From assembly GCF_004010195.1 (NCBI RefSeq), contig NC_057718.1:35057376-35116419 (forward strand): 59,044 bases of DNA, given 5' to 3'. Positions 51,455 through 59,044 of this stretch are shown here, piece by piece; the stretch's first letter is position 1, and every line of letters starts with the position of its first letter. Position numbers and translations under genes: made by a program. The DNA comes from Chiloscyllium plagiosum (Eukaryota). A model generated the notes under the pieces. It worked only from the letters and a program-made list of their open reading frames with translations, did not search any database and was not told where the DNA came from.

Positions 51455-51655
51455 GTCACTGTAGTGTCAGAGAACTGCCTGCTCACCAGAGCGAGATGAT
51501 AGGTGGTGGATTAACCTGAGGGTTTCCTTGCCTCAGGTACGGGAAGAAGTTAAGAAGGAGACCCGTTCATGGTAACCTCAGTCAGATGGAAGTGAACCCA
51601 TGTTGTTGCAGTCACTCCGCATCGCAAATCAGCCATTTGGCCAACTAAGCTAATT
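51455..51655 (-). mobile_element. tRNA-derived SINE (non-HE1 family)
   Basis: The - strand head has ttagcttagttgg (A-box) and gggttcacttcc (B-box-like). Confidence 0.55.
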
Positions 51656-52674
51656 TACTCACAGTGGAAAGCTTATTTTCCTGGTGGGTTTAGTGCACAT
51701 TTTGCAGTACAATGTCACATTGTGTCATTTAAGGATGTACATTCTGTAATAATCTCAGATGATATTCTGAGGTCCTAAGGGATATGACAGCAAATGTCAA
51801 TTACAAAAGTACCAGCTGGTGCTCAAACTGACCCAGCTGGTCAAGGGCATCGAAACTTCCGTTTCCTGGAAACCTGAAATTTAATCATGTAAACAAAGTG
51901 AAAATATGCAATATAAATATATTGGTAATATGAAAACATATTAAAAATCTACCCCATTGCCATTAGACACTAAGTAATGGAAAACAAGCGTGAAGATTAA
52001 AAACCTCATAATGGGATTGAGCTGATGTGCATCTTTGATATGCTTAACTTCTAAAAATGCAATTTCATTAGTAGGTTATTAATTACTGAAATTGTTTTGC
52101 ATTCTTCTATTTATGATTAAAAAGAATTCCTCCTCTTTCTCCCCCTCCCCTGTGGATTGAAAATAAATACAATGTTTATTTGACTTTAAAGCTAATATTC
52201 CATCCCAGACAATCTTTCATCTCATTTATAGGGCATCTTTTGTACAAACAGATCAAAAATACTTCCTGAGCACTCGGAGCCAATGGAAAAAGTCTGTGAG
52301 AGCTTAGATTACAGTATTCCCTTGCTGCTGAAGAAGTACGCCACTAACGTCAGTTCAAATGAGAATTGAAAGAAAAAAAGGGATTAAAGTTACAGAAAAG
52401 TAAGCAGACTATCAGTGTAATAGTCAATGTTTTCTTTGACTCATGTTGCTATAGTTCTACAGTTATCATCCACTACCTATTACTAATTACGGTCAGTCTT
52501 CAAGTACAAGCCTGCATAGTCAATATCACTATAGAGATACTGATATTGACCCCAATCCTATCTTCACATGATGTCCATTTACAAATTGTCCTCAGGACTG
52601 GAGAAATTAAAGATGAAATATAAGGTCATCTTTAAGACAAGAGACTTGAGCTATAAGGAAAGGCTGAATAGAGG

Positions 52675-52988
52675 AGGCAGCACGGTGGTTCAATGGTTAG
52701 TACTGCTGCCTCACAGTGCCAGAGACCCAGATTCAATTCCATCCTTGGGCGACTGTCTGTGTGGAGTTTGCACATTCTCCCCGTGTCTGCCTGAGTTTCT
52801 TCCGGGTGCTCCGGTTTCCTCCCACAGTCCAAACATATGCAGGTCATGTGAATTGGCTATGCTAAATTGCCCATAGTGTTAGGTGCATTAGTTAGATGGA
52901 AATGGGTCTGGGTGGGTTACTCTTCAGAAGGTCAGTGTGGACTTGTTGGGCTAGATGGCCTGTTTCCACACTGTAGGGAATCGAATCT
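52675..52988 (+). mobile_element. HE1-type tRNA SINE
   Basis: Head ggcagcacggtggttcaatggttag, HE1 body and tail. Confidence 0.9.
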
Positions 52989-54290
52989 TCATCTCATAAG
53001 ATGGACAAAATCAAAGATGAAATAAAGAAGATGGGTTATTTCACCAGTCACCAGACAAACAAGGGGTGTTCAGATTTGATATTAGACCCACAGTCAAACA
53101 GTTGTGTAAAAGTCTATAAAAGTGGCCTCATCGGAGTGAAAGCCTCTCAAAAGGAGCCAGAGGCATGCTACTACTAAACTGGATGTTAACAGTAAAGTTT
53201 GATGAAGGATTTCAGATATAATTATTTTATCTGATTAACTTTTGAGAATCAGATCTGCTCTATAAATTATTCAGAATAGGCTATCCAGAACAATAGCAGG
53301 TGTTGGTGATCTAAAATGCCACATTGGGGATAACTGACACAGGAATCCATGAAAAAGGAGCTGAGCCAAAGAGTAAGAACAAATTTCAGAGTTCTTCTGG
53401 TTGCAGACCTAAAACTGAAAAAAAAATTTGCATTTGCCAAACCTCCAATTACATCTCTTGGGTATATCATTCGAGGTAATGAAACCACATTTGATCTAAA
53501 AAGAACACAAGTTATGAGGGAATTTCAATACCTAGGAATGTCTCAGAACTTCAAATACTCCTTGGTAAGGTCAGTCAAGCAGGCAATTTTCTGCCAACTT
53601 GACAAACGTCAACAAGCATTTGATATAACTGTTGAGGCAGATCTTAGACCAGCAAAAGTGGTTGTGAAATTATTAAATGACTCTTAATCTCTTCTGAAAT
53701 TTTAGAACACTATTTCCCACTTTCCAACTATGCTGGTGGTTGATGAACAGGACTTAGGGCAGTGCCCACACCTCCTGAATGAAGTAAACAAAACTGTGTA
53801 CATAGATAGCAAGTTTAGACCAGTCTACTGTGCCCCTTAGATCACGAAGAGAGACAAAACAGCATTATCCCAAGACAGAGAAAGTAATTGAAACTGACCT
53901 TAAGGTATTGGTCACCTTCTGAACATTAAGGAAATAGCAAAGATGCTGCTGAGAATCCACTGCTTTAATTAAGATTATGAGGATTGATTCCACCATGAGA
54001 CAGGTGCAGCAAAATGACCAAATTTTGAAGAGGCACACTCAAAAAGACCATCAAATTGATCTTCATATTCTTCATCACATGCTATTTACCAGACACTGAA
54101 AGGAAGTTGTATGCGATAAGGCAAGTCTGAAAAATGTTCTTCATTTCCAGAAATGTTGTGTGAAAGGAAGCCAGACAATGATTGCAAAAATCTGATATGA
54201 TGTCAGTATTTCATCTGATACAAGCACCTGGCTGTCATTGTAGACTTGCTAGTCTGCAATGAGAGATTAGTCATATGGAAAACTCCTCAG

Positions 54291-55630
54291 TCTGAAAGTG
54301 TGGTGCTAGAAAAGTACAGCAGGTCAGGCAGCATCCGAGGAGCAGGAGAACCGCTGTTTTGAGCATAAGCCCTTCATCAGGAATGAGTATTGTGGGCCGG
54401 AGGGCTGAGAGGTAAATGGGGCGGGATGAAACTGACTAACCGCGGACCACTACAACAAGCCCACTGACTCTCACAGCTACCTAGTCTACACCTCCTCCCA
54501 CCCTACTTCCTGTAAAAATGGCATGCCTTACTCCCATTTCCTCCACCTCCGCTGCAACTGTTCCCAGGATGACCAATTCCACCTTAGAAAATCCTAGATG
54601 GCTTCCTTCTTCCAAGATCGCAATGTCCCTTCCCATGTGGTCAAAGACGCTCTCCAGCGTATCTCCTCCACTTCCCCCACCACTGCCCTTGAACTCCACC
54701 CATCCCAATGCAACACAAACCCCCCACTCCCGGTTCTCACCTTCCACCCATAAACCTTTGCATACATCATTTCTGCCACCAACAAACAGAACCTACCACC
54801 AGAGATATATTTCCCTCCCCACCCCTATCAGCGTTCTGGAGAGACCATTCCCTCTGTGACTCCCTTGTCAGGTCCATGACCCTACTAGCCCACACCCCAC
54901 TCCCAGAAACTTCCCCTGCTACTGCAAGAAATGCAAAACTTCCACCCACATCACTCCCCTCACCTCCATCCAAGGCCCCAAAGGATCCTTCCACATTTAA
55001 CAGAGATTTACCTGTACCTCCACCAATGTCATCCATTGTATCCGTTGCACCCAATGTGATCTCCTCTACATTGGGGATACAGGATGCCTCTTTGCAGATC
55101 ATTCCAGAGAACATCTCTGGAACACCCACACCAACCAATCTCACCACCGGGTGGTTGAACACTTCAACTCCCTCTCTTATTCCACCAAGGACATATAGGT
55201 CCTGGGCCGCCTACATGCCTGGAGGAAGAACACCTCATATTCCGCCTTGCAACCCTACAACCACACGGGATCAATGTGGATTTCAACAGTTTCCTCATTT
55301 CCCCTCCCCCACTTTATCCCAGTCCCACGGCTCCAACTTGGCACTGCTCTCTTGACCTGTCCATCACCTTTCCCATCTATCCACTCCACCCCTCTCCGAC
55401 CTTATCATCTTCTCCCTCACCTTCATCTATCTATTGCATTCTCAGCTACCTCCCCCCCACCAAACCACCTTCCCATTTATCTCTCAGCCCCCAGCCCACA
55501 AGCCTCATTTCTGATGAACGGCTTATGGCCGGATTGTCGATTCTCCTGCTCCTCGGAAGCTGCCTGACCTGCTGTGCTTTTCCAGCACCACACTCTGATC
55601 TCCAGCATTTGCAATCCTCACTCTTTCCTA
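54291..55630 (+). mobile_element. Penelope-like element (Neptune-like) with 5' inverted pLTR and 14-bp TSD
   Basis: KPTDSHSYLVYTSSHP and GIY-YIG FTCTSTNVIHCIRCTQCDLLYIGDT. An inverted pLTR lies at 54291-54428. ggaRaactcctcag occurs at 54277-54290 and 55631-55644. Confidence 0.9.
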
Positions 55631-56614
55631 GGAGAACTCCTCAGCTTGAAATTCTTCAAAGAATGCATGAAGGAAATTTAGGAACTACAAAGTTTTTTGC
55701 AAGGAAGCAAAAAACACTCTGTAGAAGAAATGATTTCTAACTGTATTCTACGTTTTGAAAATAGTTAGGAAGAAAATAAACAACAACTGTCGTTTTCTTT
55801 TCCTACGAGGTAGGCCACACCGGGGAATGAATTTATTCAAGTTTAGGGGAAAATCCAAAAGGTCACCAATCAGGGTGGACTGAAGTTAGCCACTTACATA
55901 ATATCTTAGCAGAAGCAGTTATCCAATCTCTCGAGAGAATTTATTCCACTTGTGGGTTCCCAGACATTGTGGTGTCAGACAAACTACCATCGTTTGCAAA
56001 AGAGCAATTTAAAAATTTTGAGAAAAATATGACTTAATTCATGTTTCCAGTTCATGAATTAAGCAAATTGAGAGATTGAGAGAAGTGAGTAAACAATGGA
56101 TGCTTTATTAAAGAAAAATGAAGACTCCAATCAGACCTTTCTGAGTTGCTAATCCCCACTTCTACACAGCAGGTTCGCATAGTCAGATTTACTAATAAGT
56201 AGAATACTGAAAACACAACTGCCCTCTATGTCATAAACATTAAAGTCTAACATTAGAGAATGGCTGAAGACATTAAAAAAGTGGAGGTGAAGCAAAGGGA
56301 TAAAATGTCAACCACAGACATACAGCATGTGAGTCATCAGTGTTCATGTCCAGAATGAGAGCAAGGATCAGAGACTGACAGAGGCAAGGTACAATCTGTG
56401 GTGTGACATCACAACAAGTATTGCATATGGTTATAACAATCAATGATATCAAAAGAAGAGAGTTTAGTGCTTTAAAATCCTCAAATATATAGAAGAATTG
56501 GTTCACTAGTCAGATGATGATGACAAAACTTCTACAACAAGTTCCAGAGATAAGTAAAAGAACAACACTATCACAGACAGGAGAGCATGGAGCATCTTCA
56601 ACTTCAAAGGTTGA

Positions 56615-57240
56615 TCAGGAACAGGCCTTTGTTTGTTTGCCTTTATTGGTCAATGCTTTGAGTACAGGTGTCATGTTGCAACTGTACAAGACATTGGTTT
56701 GGCCACTTTTGAAGTACTATGTGTAATTCTGTTCTCCCTGCTATAGGAAGGATGTTATGAAATTTAAGAGGGTTCTGAAAAGATTTACAAGGATCTTGCC
56801 AGGGTTGGAACTATAAGGAGAGGCTGCTAAGGCTGGGGCTGATTTCCATGGAGTGTTGGAGGCTGAGGGGTGACCTTAGAGAAGTTTATTAAATCATGAG
56901 AGGCATGGATAGCGTGAACAGACAAGGGCTTTTCTCTGGGATGGGGGAGTCCAAAACTAGAGGGCATAGGTTTAGGGTGAGAGAGGAAAGACTTAAAAGG
57001 GACCTCATGGGCAACAGTTTTACACAGACGGAGGTGCATACATGGAATAAGTTGCCAAAGAGAGGGTTGGTACAATTACAACATTCAAAAGGATCTGGAT
57101 GGATCTATGAATAGGAAGGGTTTAGAGCAATACGGACCAAATGCTGACAAATGAGACTAGATTAATTTCAGATATCTGGTCGGCATGGACAAGTTAGACT
57201 GAAGGGTTTGTTTTCATGCTGTACATCTTTATGACTCTAA
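56615..57240 (+). mobile_element. CR1 (HER1-like) 3' end
   Basis: MLQLYKTLVWPLLKY and ESKTRGHRFRV, followed by the tail. Confidence 0.9.
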
Positions 57241-57508
57241 ATAGATCAGGGAGATTGGTCAAGGCATTACCTAGACTAACTCTGTGAAGCCTGAGACTAT
57301 GGGGAAGATGTATAAAATGTAAATATGTTTGGGACCAAGGCTTAGGGGGAGATGTAGAATAATGGGGTTGACATCAGAAACATAGATGATGATGATGTAA
57401 CAATGATGTCAGAGTTACATGACTAGATACAGCAATAAGGAATAAAGTCAAAAGAATTAAACTTGAGAGAAGGTTCAATGTACATTGATACCTAATTGTA
57501 ATAAAGTA

Positions 57509-57802
57509 TTAGATTAGATTCCCTACAGTGTGGAAACAGTCCTTCGACCCAACAAGTCCACACTGACCCTTCGAAGAGCAACCCACCCAGACCCATTCCT
57601 CTACATTCACCCTTGACTAATACTACAGACAATTTACCTAACCTGCACATCTTTGGCTGTGGGAGGAAACCAGAGCAAACCCATGCAGGCACAGGGAGAA
57701 TGTGCAAACTCTACACAGACAGTTGCCCGAGGTGGGAATTGAACCTGGGTCCCTGGTGCTGTGAGGCAGCAGTGCTAACCACTGAGCCACCGTGCTGCCC
57801 CA
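57509..57802 (-). mobile_element. HE1-type tRNA SINE
   Basis: Intact A- and B-boxes on the - strand and an (aatct)n tail. Confidence 0.9.
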
Positions 57803-58206
57803 GAATTCTCGAATAAGGATACCATGGACTCCAACAGTGTACCTTTTGGAGACTAGACAACACACAATAGCCCCCTATAACTTGACCAAGCAGGACATCG
57901 GGATGAGTGCTAAGTTCTTGCTCGTGTTACCCATAAGTTGGAATGAGGATATAAAAATCATCTGGTACAGACATGGATAATGAGCACCAGCAATGAATCC
58001 TGGAGGTGCTCATGGAAACAATACTATAGCATGGAAATGGGAGAGGTTTGAGAGCTGAGCGTGATGTGTGGAAGGGAAGGCAGAGAATGCTGTTCAAAAG
58101 AAAACATTCATAATTATTTCTTTTTCCTTCCTCTAACCCAGAGGCACTGAGACGAGTAGCTGCTGAACAGCCAATTTGGATATGTTGAGATATAGATTTC
58201 TACATT

Positions 58207-58551
58207 CATAGAAACCCTATAGTGTGGATGCAGGCCATTTGACCCATCGAGTCCATACTGACCCTCTTAACAGCATCCCACCCAGACTTACTCCCCCTAC
58301 CCTGTCCCTGTAACCATGCATTTCCGATGGAGAAACCATCTAACCTGCACATCCCTGAACACTGTGAGCAATTTAGCACAGCCAACCCACCTAACCTGCA
58401 CATTTTGGACTGTGGGCGGAAACCAGAGTACCCACACGGATACAGGGAGAATACACAAACTCCACATGGACAGTCACCCAAGGCTGGAATCAAACCTGGG
58501 TCCCTGGTGCTGTGAGGCAGCAGTGCTAACCAATGAACCATCATGCCACCC
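58207..58551 (-). mobile_element. HE1-type tRNA SINE
   Basis: Same family as the other HE1 copies. Confidence 0.9.
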
Positions 58552-59017
58552 AGTATGTTCAGCTCTAGTTTCATTCAGATCACAGGAGATCGGCATCCAC
58601 ACAAAGTAAAGAGGCCCTACAATGTTGTCAGGCAGAGGCCCTGCAATGGTGTCACGAGGAAAAGAAAACCTGGACTAGTCAGACTTGTCCTGTATATTCG
58701 AGTCTGGAGTTCCAGTATGCCCAGCATGTTAATCTCTGAACATTACTTTTTAATTTGGTTTTTCTTCTGGTCAAGTCATTGGTTTCCTTTGACTCAATAA
58801 ATACCAGTATGAAAGCACCAAAGCTCAGCATAGGCCAGCAGCCAAATCTGTGATGTCCTTGCTTTGCGTGGCTCAAAACACCATTAAGCACTGTCTGCAT
58901 GACTGAACCACAAGGAGAACTGTGAGTTGTAATTTCATATCAGGGTGACATTTCTGTGTACTGGCATTTTATCTCCAGGTCAGGAAATTACGATGTACTT
59001 TCAGCCACACTGGCCTG

Positions 59018-59044
59018 TATTAATTTACATTCCCCTCCTCCCAG
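59018..59044 (+). other. Putative 3' splice acceptor at the window end
   Basis: tattaatttacattcccctcctccCAG provides a branch-like tattaat, a pyrimidine tract and CAG. Confidence 0.35.

Larger units (their letters stand above)
52500..57505 (+). mobile_element. Second decayed Ty3/Gypsy element (pol to 3' LTR start) with nested HE1, PLE and CR1
   Basis: VISPVT-like RT start (~53035), ITSLGYII...DLKRTQ, ILQRMHEGNLGTTK (integrase zinc finger, ~55650), GFPDIVVSD (~55955), RSGRLVK (~57243), and PPT aggggga followed by gaTGT (TGT at 57353). Confidence 0.75.

Noticed and set aside
54518..55740. Overlapping Pro/Ser/Thr-rich ORFs up to 215 aa
   Set aside because: Off-frame translations of a C-rich, frameshifted PLE, not host genes.
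58610..58657. 24-bp tandem duplication (agaggccct.caatg.tgtca)
   Set aside because: Only two copies, consistent with an ordinary local duplication.

Overview
Non-coding, repeat-dense vertebrate DNA, almost certainly from a shark. The HE1-type tRNA SINEs, CR1/HER1-type LINEs and SacSINE/DeuSINE-like SINE are typical of elasmobranchs (recognised from memory, not searched). There is no intact protein-coding gene, rRNA, real tRNA or CRISPR array, and there are two assembly gaps (10762-11261, 31209-31807). The window contains many CR1 fragments, nine HE1 SINEs, two decayed Ty3/Gypsy elements, two L1-Tx1 pieces, Harbinger Myb remnants, a TA-flanked MITE, a 44-bp minisatellite and a decayed coiled-coil gene remnant near 4.1-5.2 kb. 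One Gypsy element still has both LTRs recognisable and hosts a multi-layer nest of insertions. The most interesting layer is the Penelope-like elements (PLEs). Four insertions have inverted pseudo-LTR architecture and 12-14 bp target-site duplications. About a dozen hammerhead-ribozyme (HHR) motifs occur in PLE termini, one with an intact core (34602-34637), and there are short ORF-less inverted hairpin derivatives. The PLE-hammerhead association is already known, and I cannot claim a genuinely new system from this sequence. The last bases of the window look like a splice acceptor, so much of it may be intronic.
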